A stretch of DNA of 63,008 nt, filler included, from Stramenopiles sp. TOSAG23-6 (lineage: Eukaryota), in the NCBI GenBank assembly GCA_900128565.1. It is 19 parts of 19 records of this genome, joined end to end, with 100 filler letters (N's around TTAATTAATTAA, not from the genome) between each part and the next. Parts side by side here need not be neighbours in the genome. Positions count along the whole stretch, not along the records: positions 23,335 to 26,559 come from LT637604.1; positions 26,660 to 29,882 come from LT637605.1; positions 29,983 to 33,204 come from LT637606.1; positions 33,305 to 36,524 come from LT637607.1; positions 36,625 to 39,843 come from LT637608.1; 14 more parts are not named here. One strand, 5' to 3'. A program made the position numbers and the translations under genes. Positions 25,376 to 37,846 of this stretch are shown here, piece after piece. Under the pieces are notes generated by a model. That model did not search any database, had not been told where the DNA came from, and saw nothing but the letters and a program-made list of their open reading frames with translations. Position 1 is the first letter of the stretch. Each line of letters opens with the position of its first letter.

Positions 25376-25868
25376 GACTTATTTGACTCTTCAAACAATG
25401 CAAGATATTGAAGAATGGTTGAAATAGTTTTACATAAACATTTACCAATATCTCATTTGACTAAAAATACTAAATATCCTTCTTCAACAAAAAACAACGC
25501 GAATTTCGAAGGAATGTCGACTTCAGTTTTTTTTTTTTTTTTTGTGACCGTGGATTTCGTGCACAAGCGCAAAAAAAGATTGAAATTTTCTCGAGAAAGC
25601 CCTAACCCTAATCAAACCTCGGTATATTATATATATTAACGTTTNTTTCTTTCTTTCTTTCTTGTTCGGAACAATCGGGATTTGATCACTGCACTGCTGA
25701 AAAGCAGAGTCTTTCAATAAAATTAAAAGGAAAACGATTGTCGTATTACTGGAAAGTACATATATAACTTATTTCTAGATATTGCTTGATTGGTGTATTG
25801 ACATATTGATTGTCTCTTTGAAGTTTTTGTGATCGTTGTATCATAGTTGTAGTTATTTTTGGGTCAGG

Positions 25869-26528
25869 ATGGCAGCATTTGATAGAGAAACGGATAAAGC
25901 GATGAAGCTCTTTACTCTCAAACTAGAACAACGATTGAAAGACATGCTCACCATGGGTATACCTAGATCTGATGCAGTCTTTATCCTATTGAAACGTATT
26001 GCTGAATCATCTATCCAAGAAGTTCCACGCAATGCTATCGCTCAGTTAATGAAGACTCATCATCTGAGTGAGGAACACGCCACTCGAGCTCTCACTGTTA
26101 AAGGAGAACTCACGCGTCTAATTAAAAGCGGATTAAATCAAGTAGCAGCAATACAGAAAATGACAAATAAATTAGAAGTTGGTGAATGGCATCAATCTTT
26201 AGTTGGATGGAAGCGCAAATTTTCGTCGCCTTTAGTGTTTTCAACAGGAATGAAGACGCTCAAAAATACTAGTAATACAATTGAGTTAAGTGATGTCATT
26301 GACGCACACCTCGAACACAATGATAAACGAAGAAAAATATGTACATCCAGCAGTACAAATAGTACAGATGGTTTTCCGCTTATCAGCAGACGTGTAGAAA
26401 AAAATAATTCCAGAACGAAACAAAATGCAAAGACTGGGACGAAACGAATTCGATCGAATAGTGATAGAAATGATGACAATTCAGTCCAACTGCAACCGCC
26501 AAAAAATAGAAAAAGAACACGAGTCTTA

Positions 26529-26540
<12 letters not shown>
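25869..26540 (+). CDS. Hypothetical protein, 3'-partial, running into a (TA)n microsatellite
   Basis: Long ORF divergent from PIG-L, with basic NLS-like stretches. Confidence 0.5.
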
Positions 26541-26559
<19 letters not shown>

Positions 26560-26711
26560 NNNNNNNNNNNNNNNNNNNNNNNNNNNNNNNNNNNNNNNNN
26601 NNNTTAATTAATTAANNNNNNNNNNNNNNNNNNNNNNNNNNNNNNNNNNNNNNNNNNNNTGTACCTAACAAATTTAAGTTTTTTTTTTTGAAATATTTTT
26701 CCAAAATACAT

Positions 26712-27352
26712 TTGGTGTGGAGAAACAAAATCGTGCTGGACATGCATTTTGTTCTTTATGGGAGCTATCTTTGAACCCTGACAATAGCGACACAGACACG
26801 GAAAGTTGGGATAGTAGTAGCAGATGGGAAAAGTTGTCACATCACAGGAAGGCTGCCAGAAGTTGGTTTGATACGCAATTTTTTGGATACAAAGCTACCC
26901 GAATGAAGCAAGCTTTATTAGTAAGAAATATACCAAATACGATTGAGAAGGATGTAACATCATCTTCTCATTCCACTGGTGCAGGACGAATTATTTATAT
27001 TTGTTTCATGCGGTCAGTACCTATTGTCCTTCGTCGTTTGATAGAATCGAATCAATTGGGCAAAAATAGTGAATTAGATTCAAAGAATTCAAAGAATATT
27101 ATTATTATTGCTCTACCTTGGGGTGACAATATATCCAAAACTGGAAGCAGTGCTGAAGTGTCCGAGGCTCATGCGCAAGGTTTAACCCACGTAACTAGAG
27201 AAAGTTTACAAAAAGACAAATTGTTGCATACCTTCCGAGTATATGCACAACTTTTCACATCATGTGTAAAAGTTGCAACTGAAAAGGAGGATAAAATTAG
27301 TAACGAGATCATCAAAAGCAGTAGTGCTACGGGTAAAAAAGTTCTTAGATAA
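26712..27352 (+). CDS. Terminal exon of an unknown protein
   Basis: Open frame after a family acceptor (CCAAAATACAT). Confidence 0.5.
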
Positions 27353-27417
27353 ATTTTTATTTTAGTATTTTTTTGAGTTTTTATTCTAGTCGTTTTCATG
27401 ATTAGTTTCATAACAAT

Positions 27418-29880
27418 TTAGTTTATTGGTGTAATTCCGTGTTTGTGTTGCAAATACATCTTGGACATCCAATCAGTCATTCTATTCTTTTCAGTGAACT
27501 CCTTAGTATAATAACTTGCGTAATAACCTGCATAGTAGTTGGCATAATAGTTGTTTTGTTGCTCAGAGTTTCGTGCATCCGCACAAAGTTTACAGTATAC
27601 ACTATGTGAGTTACAGTAGCTACAATAGTAATCCGTTTTTGGTCTATGTGTGAGGGTACTTGTTAATGTTGGTGCAAGTGCAAGAGTTAATATAGGAACC
27701 AATGACTGGGTTGTTTTTCGTGTGGCAGCCACAGTCACATCATATGCCAAAGTATCCATTAATTTAGATGCCAAAGTTGACGTAAGTTCATGTGTGAGTG
27801 TTCTAGTTAATGCTCTTGTAGTTTTTCGAAGAGTTGAACCAGATAAAGAACCACCATCAATCAACAAATCTGGTAACTGAGATGCAATTGCATCATGTAA
27901 AGGTGGCGCAATGAGCATTATAGCTTCCTTACCTACAATAGATCGCATATACATCTGAATTTTTTTTACAGCACTTACCGGTGCCGGAGACGGTGGGTCA
28001 TCTACAATAGTATCAGTCATAGACATAGACTGTGGTTGCGTGCTCATCAGTCTACGGGAACCTCCTTTATTTCTATCTACACTGTTTATTTTTGTTTCAT
28101 CTTCTACTTGTTGTAATCTTCGAGTTTGAATGGCGTCATTATTGCGTTGAATCTGTTCTTTCAGCGTATTATTCTCCCTATCAGCTTTGCGAATTTCCCG
28201 CAGTCGCATTCGCCAAGCAACACCAGGATCCTCAGTACCATCATCACCCGCAAGCGCGGCTATTCTTTCTCTCTCGTATAATGAAAGTCTTTCAGTTTTT
28301 GCATCACTAGCTATAAATCTATGGTAGTCACCGCAAGCACTAATACACCGTGCACGTTTTTGCAGAGAGCGCAAGGCTTCAGCTTCAGCCATCATGCCTA
28401 ATTTTTCTGCTTCTTTAATACGAGCAAGAGTACGCACTTCAAGATGTGCACGGGATCGAAACATATCTCTCTCCTCAGCTGATGATGCAATTTGAACCAT
28501 TTCTTGAAGATGAGAAATTTCTTTCATAGTTGCTTCTTCCAAAACAGTGACACCTTCGCCACTACGTAGAAAGAGTTCATTTCCAATGGACGTCTCAGCC
28601 CCGCCACCCTCTTCAATGAAACTAGTAGAATCTGGATCACGCATTTGTATAATTGCATTTCCAAGTCTTTCAGCTTCTACTTCTGCTATCAGTCTCATGT
28701 CATCTGTATGACCCATTCTAGCCGCTAATTCGAGAAAGAATGATGCCCCCGGTAACGTTGGAATGGAAGGAACTTTCGGTATTGTCGGAATGGAAGGAAC
28801 TTTCGGTACTTCTATATTTGGTATCTTTGGACGTTTGACTTTTGGAAACTGTTTTAGTGGAGCACTACATTCGCATTCTGGCGGAGGTTTCACGATAGAT
28901 TTTATTTGTTTACCACTTTTTGGGTCCATAACAATACAAGGAGAAGGATCATCAGTTGGAAACAATATTGGTGGAAGAATGCACGAAAGAATTTTTCCTA
29001 AAATTTCCAAAACTGGAGGAACAAAGACTGCCATAATAATAGAAAGACACATCTCGGGAAGATAGTTCATAATATTATCTATAATGATAGAAAATATCTC
29101 TTTTGATGTAACACCAACACGCATCAACGCACCTATTCGTACATGAGCTTCAATGAAATTTAGAGAAATAACTCGACTTCTAGATGCAAGAATCTGTTCA
29201 TCAGATAGAGCTTCTGTGTTTTCACCTGGTGCAACTGCATCACGTAGATCCGATCTACGTAGTTTTTTTGTGGAACTATATCGTAAAACACTATCATACC
29301 CTCCGAGTGCCTTTTCTATGTTTGTTTTGAATATACTCGTATTCGCCCCTTTATTTAAAGTTGTCCAGAGCTGTTCGTCTTTATTTTTAGATCCCCATGT
29401 TTGACTCTTGGGTTTATTTTGTGATGCTTCTTTTTCATAATATGAAAATGTGAGTCGTTCTGGATTTGAACGTTTGTCCATTTTTTGGATTGCACTTATG
29501 TACTCTGTTTGAATGCTATCCAATGATGGCATAATTGTCTGTGTTAGCTCAGAAATTTTGTCACGAGCTTCTCTCGGTAGCGAAGATGATTGTATTTCCG
29601 CAACATTACTAATCATTTGTTCCTGGAGATTGGACATATTTTCTGGTTCATTACCAACCTTACCAATTACATCTTCTGTTAGTTTTGGGAGTATTTTAAA
29701 TGAAAGATCATTACCAATATCTTGTGACAAAAGCTTTCTTCCGCCACCAGTAAACTTTGTTTCTGTATAGTTAAAATGATTTGACGGATTTTTTTCTTTT
29801 TGTATTTCAAGCAAATCTTTTGCATTCACTTTCATTGGCTTCGGTTTCTTTTTAAGCAAATCTTTTGTATTTACTTTCAT
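27418..29880 (-). CDS. Large hypothetical protein (over 820 aa), 5'-partial, with Thr-rich and Cys/Tyr-rich C-terminus
   Basis: Uninterrupted 2.4-kb ORF; YYCSYC..YCKLC and YYANYYAGYYASYY motifs. Confidence 0.7.
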   Translation of the reverse strand: MKVNTKDLLKKKPKPMKVNAKDLLEIQKEKNPSNHFNYTETKFTGGGRKLLSQDIGNDLSFKILPKLTEDVIGKVGNEPENMSNLQEQMISNVAEIQSSSLPREARDKISELTQTIMPSLDSIQTEYISAIQKMDKRSNPERLTFSYYEKEASQNKPKSQTWGSKNKDEQLWTTLNKGANTSIFKTNIEKALGGYDSVLRYSSTKKLRRSDLRDAVAPGENTEALSDEQILASRSRVISLNFIEAHVRIGALMRVGVTSKEIFSIIIDNIMNYLPEMCLSIIMAVFVPPVLEILGKILSCILPPILFPTDDPSPCIVMDPKSGKQIKSIVKPPPECECSAPLKQFPKVKRPKIPNIEVPKVPSIPTIPKVPSIPTLPGASFFLELAARMGHTDDMRLIAEVEAERLGNAIIQMRDPDSTSFIEEGGGAETSIGNELFLRSGEGVTVLEEATMKEISHLQEMVQIASSAEERDMFRSRAHLEVRTLARIKEAEKLGMMAEAEALRSLQKRARCISACGDYHRFIASDAKTERLSLYERERIAALAGDDGTEDPGVAWRMRLREIRKADRENNTLKEQIQRNNDAIQTRRLQQVEDETKINSVDRNKGGSRRLMSTQPQSMSMTDTIVDDPPSPAPVSAVKKIQMYMRSIVGKEAIMLIAPPLHDAIASQLPDLLIDGGSLSGSTLRKTTRALTRTLTHELTSTLASKLMDTLAYDVTVAATRKTTQSLVPILTLALAPTLTSTLTHRPKTDYYCSYCNSHSVYCKLCADARNSEQQNNYYANYYAGYYASYYTKEFTEKNRMTDWMSKMYLQHKHGITPIN

Positions 29881-30048
29881 TGNNNNNNNNNNNNNNNNNN
29901 NNNNNNNNNNNNNNNNNNNNNNNNNNTTAATTAATTAANNNNNNNNNNNNNNNNNNNNNNNNNNNNNNNNNNNNNNNNNNNNGTTAGGTACAAAATTTCG
30001 TACGAAAAAAAAATCGATTTTTTTGTTAAAAAAAAAAATAAAACATAC

Positions 30049-30363
30049 GTCGTTCCATCTTTTGCCCCCCATTTGTTCAAGAACATATGGATTGTTTGCG
30101 TCTTCAGGCATCTCCACAATACTGTCTTCACGTGGTGGATTTCCTGAACCCCAAGCGCATACTGTACAATCACGAATGAAATCTAAACCAGCAAAACATC
30201 TCGTTGTGATTTCTGGTGAATACTCTGTATCAGGTGGTACAGGGTACCCAACGACGTGGAGGGTAGCATCACTGTCGAATGTTCCACCGACAGATAATGT
30301 ATATGAAATACAAAAGAATAAAAATATACTCAAAAATAAAAAGATGTGTACTATCTGTTCCAT
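30049..30363 (-). CDS. First exon of a predicted secreted protein
   Basis: Signal-peptide-like N-terminus; ends at a GTATGT family donor. Confidence 0.55.
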
Positions 30364-30813
30364 TTGAAATATTTTTAGTACATTAGAATCTTTAGTGGGT
30401 GCTCACACTCACTCACCAAGGGAATCCCCCCCCTCTCTCAAGAAACTTTTTTTTTTTGTTAAATTAATTTTTAGAAAACCTCCAAAAAATCCTAAAAATT
30501 TAACCGATTTTTTCGCGATTAGGGTTAGGGTTTAGGGTACAAAATTTCATACTAAAAAAAATCAAAAAAAAAAAATATTTTTCACAGTATATGTGGTTAT
30601 TAATCTCATCCCAAAATAACAAAAGACATTGGACATAAAGCTTTTGAAATTTCACATTTAGAATATTCTGAAGAAGCCTTTACTTCTGCTTATCATGATA
30701 TATATCAACAACAATATAACAATTTTTTACAATCACAATAAAAAAAAACAAAATTTTCAAAAATTGTATATTTAAAATTTTTTTTTTGTTTTTTTAAAAA
30801 TGTTTTTTTTTAA

Positions 30814-31773
30814 TTATAGTTTTATTATAGTTTCAAGTTTATTTCGTACTGCAAGAATTGTATCTAAAGTATTTTTTGTATCTTCCTCTTGAATGTTATT
30901 TTCTAATTCTTTTATTTGTTTATTTAGAGCTTTTGTTATTATCCTAAGAACAGTAACACGTGTCAATGTTTTTATAGATGTCACCTTTTCAACATTTATA
31001 TTTTTATCATCATTTATCGTTTTTTTCTTTTCATCATCATTTATCGTTTTTTTCTTTTCATCATCATTTATCATTTTTGTATCTGCACAATCAAAAGTGA
31101 CTTTTTGTTTGCTTTTATCTGAAGATTTGACATATATTTCAATTGANGGTGAAATATGACAGTTTTTTTTATACTGCACACGATGTAACTTCATTTTCTT
31201 CCTCTCATCATTTATGATTTTTTTCCGTTTTTGTATTGAAATTGTAGAATTTATTTTTTCGTCCTTATTTTGAAGTATTACTGCTACTGATTTTGCGGCA
31301 CCTCGTGGTCTTTTACGATCCCGAAATTTAGAAAATTTATCACGTATTCGTTGTGAGCGAGAGTGACACAGTGCAGTCTTGATGTCCAAAGTAGAAATAG
31401 AAAAGACGTTTTCGAATTGTTGAGGTGATGCAACAGACTTTTTAGTTGTCAAAGTATTTGGAATGGACGCCGTATTTGAATATTCTTGAGAAAGTGTAAC
31501 TGTAAGTTCCAACCAACTGACCCATCCATTTGCTTCTTCGTCAAAGAGTGAAAAGAAATCTATTATGTCTTCAACACTTGGAGTTATTCTGGCTTTTTTT
31601 AAAACCAACATGAAATCCTTGATTGATATTTTGTTCTTTTTCTTTAATTTAACAATGAAATCATTCAAATTATCATTTTTACCCGATTCTGCTTCCCTAA
31701 TACGATTGTACAGTAAAAGTCCAAAATTTGTGATTCTGTCTGTCCATGACATTTGTGTGATCTCAAGGCCCAT
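30814..31773 (-). CDS. EF-hand-containing hypothetical protein
   Basis: FSLFDEEANGWVSWLEL EF-hand-like loop. Confidence 0.55.
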   Translation of the reverse strand: MGLEITQMSWTDRITNFGLLLYNRIREAESGKNDNLNDFIVKLKKKNKISIKDFMLVLKKARITPSVEDIIDFFSLFDEEANGWVSWLELTVTLSQEYSNTASIPNTLTTKKSVASPQQFENVFSISTLDIKTALCHSRSQRIRDKFSKFRDRKRPRGAAKSVAVILQNKDEKINSTISIQKRKKIINDERKKMKLHRVQYKKNCHISXSIEIYVKSSDKSKQKVTFDCADTKMINDDEKKKTINDDEKKKTINDDKNINVEKVTSIKTLTRVTVLRIITKALNKQIKELENNIQEEDTKNTLDTILAVRNKLETIIKL

Positions 31774-32157
31774 GACTTAAAGTTGTGTGTTCTAAATAAA
31801 ATTGAGAGTAAAAATATAGCAAGATTCAATAAATTCAATTTCATTTCAATATCTCGGTTGAGCAGGTTTGTTTGAACTTTTGATTCGAAAAATTCGAGAT
31901 TTTTCATTTTTGCCGTTTGCGTTTGGTTTTGTTTTGAAGTTTTGAAAATAAAAAAAAAGAAGATCTTCTTCCTCCTCCTCCTTTGATTTGAATCGAGTGC
32001 AGCACTCTTCCTTCCCGAGAGAGAGATAGAGCAATAAAAGAATAACAAGAAGAAAATAATTATAAATTTGTGATTCATTTTGAAATATTTAAGACACAAT
32101 TGCTTTAGTAGTATATCGATTGGACACAGACGTCAGTAGCTTGTGATTATTTTATTC

Positions 32158-33118
32158 ATGTCGTCTAATACAATGTCACGGACTACCGCCATATCCAAAA
32201 TGGTCGACGATCTGAAAGAAGGGAGAATAAGTAAAGGAGAATTATTTCATCATTTATCCCGTTTGAGTCAGGTTTCAGAAAATGGTGACATTGATGTGTC
32301 AACTATATATCCACCATCCGTCCCACAGGACGATTCTACAGCAAGTATTACAGCAAGTATTGTGGACACATCAACTCATCAAACTCCGCCGCTTCTTTCA
32401 GCGAGAACAACAATAAAAAAGAATCGTTCAAAACAACACAAAATGAAAAAGTTTGGTCAAAAAAATAGAAATGCGAGTAAAAAGCATGATAAAAATGACA
32501 AAGAAAATGGAAAAGCATCCTATTGGAGGACATCAAAGAATGAACCTACGTCAACTGGCGGTCGAAAACATGTATGTTTTATTTTTTTTTTTTTTACCGA
32601 AAAAAAAAAAAATTTTAAAATTTTTCGTACGAAATTTTGTACCTAACATTTTTTTTTTTTTTTTTTGAAACTAAAAAAAAAAATTTTGAAATATTTTTCC
32701 AAAATTCATGTGACTTTACAAAGTGATCTAGAGTGTACATTTCATCCAGATATTAACCCACTTCCTTCTTCCCATTTTGTTAGTTCTAGAAATTATGAAG
32801 AACAAAAATTTACTGATCGTGTGATGAAATGGAAAAATGAAAAACAAGAAGCTATACAAAGAAAACAAGAAGAACAAACAATTATTGAATTAGAGAATTG
32901 TTCATTTCAACCTTTAGTAAACAAAAGTCCTAAAAGAGGAGAATTTGATGGAGAGCCTCAACCATCTCAAAGTAAAAACGGCGTTTTACGTGCAAAATCA
33001 AAAGATGAAATTAAGAAAATCAGTGATAGACTCTATATTGCAGCAAAGCATCGAAAAAGACAAGAGGAAGCAATTATAGAAGCTCAACATTTACGTGAAG
33101 AACATTTTAAAAAACATT
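32158..33118 (+). CDS. Protein with C-T/S-F-x-P repeats and coiled coils, 3'-partial; intron 32572-32709
   Basis: ECTFHPDIN, NCSFQPLVN, SDRLY motifs; in-frame join RKH|VTL. Confidence 0.6.
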
Positions 33119-33364
33119 GTACGTTTTTTTTTTTTTTTTTTTTTTCAACATTTTTTTTTTCAAAGTAAATTTTGTACCTAACAAAAAAAAAAAAAAAAAA
33201 AAAANNNNNNNNNNNNNNNNNNNNNNNNNNNNNNNNNNNNNNNNNNNNTTAATTAATTAANNNNNNNNNNNNNNNNNNNNNNNNNNNNNNNNNNNNNNNN
33301 NNNNCGAAATTTTATACCTAACAATTTTTTTAGATTTTTTTTGAAATATTTTTCCAAAATACAT

Positions 33365-34303
33365 ACATGTGGCTGGAGTGCTGCAAATATAGAAATTCTC
33401 GTACAATCAGCTTCAATATACGTTTTTTTTCGTACGAAATTTTGTACCTAACGAGTTTTTTATCATGAATTTTAGTTTGCATTTTTTTTTTCGTAAAAAA
33501 TGTGTTGTACCTAATGAATTTTTGTACTAAAAAAATATTTTTCACAATACTTGATATCAATACGTGAGTACATTGATGAAAAAAGAAATTATACTTTAGA
33601 TTATGATGATGCCTCTACTTCATATACAAGTAATACAAATAGTATTGATACTACTACTATTCATTCTCCTGAAAGTACAAATAGTATTGATACTACTACT
33701 ATTCATTCTCCTAAAAATACAAATAGTATTGATACCTCAGGAGATGAAATATCAATCAAAACCCCTGAATCTAGTAGTGTTCAACACACCACTGAAATTC
33801 GTACCAAAGATTTCATAGTACCTAATGGTAGTACGAAAAAAAATGGTCGAAATCCAATGATACAAAAAACACAATCCGAAAGTACAAAAAATACAAAAAA
33901 TGATAATCTTCTTTACAGTACATTTCATTCTGCATCTTCATCTTTTTCTTCAAGTTGTTCTCTAGATATCAAATTACGTCCAGTGGTTGCAGACGATTTT
34001 CATCAAATTCTTTTTCAAATGCAAAATCCTTTCCAGAAAGAAAACCAAATACAATATGAAACAGACCAACAAATCCTAGAAAGTACAGAATTTATTCCGA
34101 AAACTTTGTATGAATTGAATGAATCTCAAAATATATTTCAAAATGTATTTGAACAATCTCAAACTGTATCGCAATATCCTGAGTACCTCTCAGACGAGAA
34201 TCTTGAAAATCAAAGCCAAGACTATATTGCACAAAACGTACCGACAAAAGACGATGTTGTTAATATTGTAGTAAATAATGGTACTGAAAATTTCTACCAA
34301 TAA
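33365..34303 (+). CDS. 3' end of an AAA+ ATPase-like protein (lid region) with a low-complexity tail; intron 33418-33552 (AT...TT)
   Basis: Spliced TCGWSAANIEILVQSASMISIRE matches the AAA lid pattern T.G.S.A.I..LV..A...AIRE. Confidence 0.55.
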
Positions 34304-34479
34304 TCTTTTTTGTACGAAAAAATGGTACGGAACCTCACAATGTGTACAATAGTATCAGTGAGTGAATTATCAACATACGATAGAAAGTGTACATTATCTT
34401 TATTATATGATAAGCGTCGTAGTATAATGAGTAATAAAATTGTAGAAATGAAATAAACATAGTTTCACCAAGCAGTCAT

Positions 34480-35001
34480 TTATTCATTTTTTTTTTTTGG
34501 AAGTTTGAGTAAGTTTAGTATTGAGGATTTTCCCATTTTCTCTTCTGACTTTGAATCTATAGATATACTACTGCTGGCATCGTCACTGCATAATATGTCA
34601 AATGGAACATCGACGACTCCACTAGTTGATCTACGAAGTCTATCAAATTTGAAACGCGTTTTATTCGGAGGACTAATGCCATGACGAAGTGGACTAAATG
34701 GTTGTGGAGTTGGTATCTTATCTACTTCGCACATTGCAGCAATTTTCTTGTAAAACACACACCACAAAAGTAAAGTGATACATACTAAAATTATCAATAT
34801 AATTGCAGAAATATAGAGCATATTCATTTGCCAATGAAGCTCTGCAGGTGTTAGTTGCCAACTTGGACTCCAATCAGCAAGAAGACCCTCGTCTTCCATC
34901 GCCGCAGCTTTAGCCACCTCTGCGGCAATAGTCGTTGATTCATCGTCTATAAAGTCATCTACAATAAGAGCTTCGTCATCTGGTATGATAATATGATCCA
35001 T
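34480..35001 (-). CDS. Single-pass membrane protein, unknown function
   Basis: 173-aa ORF with one strong TM helix. Confidence 0.55.
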   Translation of the reverse strand: MDHIIIPDDEALIVDDFIDDESTTIAAEVAKAAAMEDEGLLADWSPSWQLTPAELHWQMNMLYISAIILIILVCITLLLWCVFYKKIAAMCEVDKIPTPQPFSPLRHGISPPNKTRFKFDRLRRSTSGVVDVPFDILCSDDASSSISIDSKSEEKMGKSSILNLLKLPKKKNE

Positions 35002-35282
35002 TAAGTACTATTTATATTATCTACAAAAAGAAACACTGCTAACTTTCAACAAAACAATCTAATGAATATTGCAATAGTGAAAAATTTTGTTTAAAAGAAG
35101 CAGAAAAGGAGGAGAAAAAAGGTTTCAATTGGCGGTCGCGGTGGAACGTACCTGTTTTTTTGAAACACTAAATTTTGTTGACCATCAATTTGTGGACAAA
35201 TGTGTTTCGAATCAAAATATCTTTGATTGCTCTTTAATTTACTGGTAAAGGAGGAAACACATCTTTTTCATTACCTTTGACT

Positions 35283-36512
35283 ATGCTCCGTCGAACCAGT
35301 CGTAATATATTATGGCGAGCGAAGCCAATGAGGAGCAGTTCCATGCTTTCCTCTAGGATTTTCTCTACAAGTGATCCGTTTCAACCCAAGGATCAGTTTC
35401 TTCATCGCCATATTGGTCCAAGTCATGCAGAGCAAGCAAGAATGCTCGAAAGCATTGGGTGCTCCTCGCTCGACGAGCTTATGACAAAAACTGTTCCTTC
35501 ATCAATTTCTTATGATAAACCGCTTGATCTTGGTGAACCTCTCAGTGAAAGTGATGCTCTTGCAAAACTGAAAGACATTTCACAAAAAAATAAAGTTGTC
35601 AAATCCATGATTGGTATGGGTTATTACGGTACAGTAACACCTGGTGTAATCTTGCGTAACGTTTTGGAAAATCCTGGTTGGTATACTGCGTATACTCCAT
35701 ATCAAGGGGAGGTCGCCCAAGGCCGCTTGGAATCGTTACTAAATTTTCAGACTATGATTACAGATATGACATCTATGGCTGTCTCGAATGCTTCCCTTCT
35801 CGATGAAGCAACTGCAGCAGCGGAAGCCATGTCTCTTTGTCACTCTACTTTCAGATCAAAACGTACAAAATTTTATATCGATGAAAATGTACATCCTCAA
35901 AGCATCGATCTCTTGAAAACTCGTGCTGAACCTCTTGGAATTGATATTGTAGTAGGACCTACCTCTGCGTATGATACGTCAAGCTCAGATTTTAGTGGTG
36001 TTTTGGTTCAATATCCAAATACTCTTGGTACCGTTACTGATTATAGAGATTTTGCAAGCTCATTAAAGGCGACAAAAACTATGATGGTGTGTGCAACTGA
36101 TTTGCTAGCACTAACGCATCTTACACCACCTGGAGAATTTGGTGCTGATATTGCTGTTGGCTCCGCACAACGTTTCGGTGTTCCTTTGTTCTTTGGCGGT
36201 CCACACGCGGGATTTCTTGTACGTTTTTCAAAATTGAATTTTTTATCTATATTTTTTCCATAGACAATTTTGTACCTAACAAATTTTTTTTTTTCGGTAA
36301 AAAAAAAAAAAATATTTTTCACATCATTTGCTACGTCAGAAAAATATTTTCGAAAGATACCTGGGCGTATTATAGGCGTATCCAAGGATATAAATGGTGA
36401 CAGATGTCTTCGTATGGCAATGCAAACTCGTGAACAGCACATCCGTCGCGACAAGGCCACTTCTAACATTTGTACTGCCCAGGCTTTACTTGCAAACATT
36501 GCTGCCATGTAT
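35283..36512 (+). CDS. GLDC: Glycine decarboxylase (glycine cleavage P protein), mitochondrial, 3'-partial; intron 36219-36329 (GT...TT)
   Basis: [72 protein letters not shown]. Confidence 0.95.
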
Positions 36513-36762
36513 GTATGTTTTATANNNNNNNNNNNNNNNNNNNNNNNNNNNNNNNNNNNNNNNNNNNNTTAATTAATTAANNNNNNNNNNNNNNNNNNNN
36601 NNNNNNNNNNNNNNNNNNNNNNNNAAAAAAATTGTTAGGTANAAANTTTTTTTTTNCGTAAAAAAAAAAAAAAAAAAATTATTTACTAAAAACATTTTTT
36701 GAAATATTTTTCCAAAATATTTTTTTTTTTTTGGTAAAAAAATTTTCATAGAAAACAATTAC

Positions 36763-37709
36763 ATATATTTTTGTGCTCAGTCGTAAGGCAATGGACGACA
36801 CGAAATTTCTATTTTTATTATTTTCAATTTGTTTTGGAATTTGTTTTGAAATATTTTCTGGATTATTGTTCAGATGATCCACAGTGTACAAAAATTTGAT
36901 TGAACGAATCCATCGACCATTCACAAAATCTGCAAATTCACGTAATAATCCAGGAGAGAGTAGTTGTAAAATATCTTTCTGATGTTTTGCTTTAAATAAA
37001 TCTTTGCATTGTAAAAAAAACAGACGCAATTTAAACCCTAAACTTTGAGACACATTTATTTTGGAAAAATATTTTTTTTTTTTTTTTTGGATAATAAAAA
37101 AAATTTNTTAGGTANAAAATTTTTTNACCAAAAAAAAAAAAAAAATTCGAAATTCAATTTTGAAAACGTATATTAATTTCTTTTAGGTAGTCATTCAAAT
37201 AATCATTTAACTGATTTGATTGAATCGATGCTTGATTTCGTGTACTTACTATCCCACAGACGGCTCCTACGACATAGGCATAAATGCCAGCCCCAAAGAG
37301 CATGTATTTTGGAAAAATATTTCATAAAAAAAAATTTTGAAGATTTGTTAGGTACAAAAATTTTTTTTTCGTAAATAAAAAAAAAAATTAAATGTAAACA
37401 TACATAGTAATTGTTACAAATATTCTCTCTATAGTGTTAGTAGGTACTATATCTCCATATCCAATGGTTGTTAATGTCGTAACTGCCCAATATAATGAAA
37501 CTGAATACCGAAAAGACGGCGATTTGTCACGTAAATCAAAAGCTTCTGAATTATTTGAATATTGAGTTAACCAAGAATCTCTCAAACCCGGTAACACGCC
37601 AATCATATGCCAAGCACACGAAATCCAATGGGAAAGCGTTAATACTGCTATCAAAAATTTTATTAATGATACAGTGGAGAAGCGTAAACTAAATCTATTT
37701 TGAAATCTT
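36763..37709 (-). CDS. Exons S5-pore-S6-C-linker of a CNBD/KCNH-like channel; introns 37302-37403 and 37054-37171
   Basis: SHWISCAW, SLYWAVTTLTTIGYGDI, spliced MLFGAGIYAYVVG, ILQLLSPGLLRE. Confidence 0.85.
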
Positions 37710-37846
37710 GTGTATTTTGGAAAAATATTTAAAAAATTTTGAAAATTTGTTAGGTACAAAATTTTTATAAAAAAAAAAATTCGATTTTTTTTTTTTTTTT
37801 TTTTCTGGTAAATAAAAAAAAATAAAAAAATTATAATAAAACATAC

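Noticed and set aside
26530-26559. (TA)n microsatellite and long A/T homopolymers at contig ends
   Set aside because: Ordinary low-complexity sequence that explains the assembly breaks.
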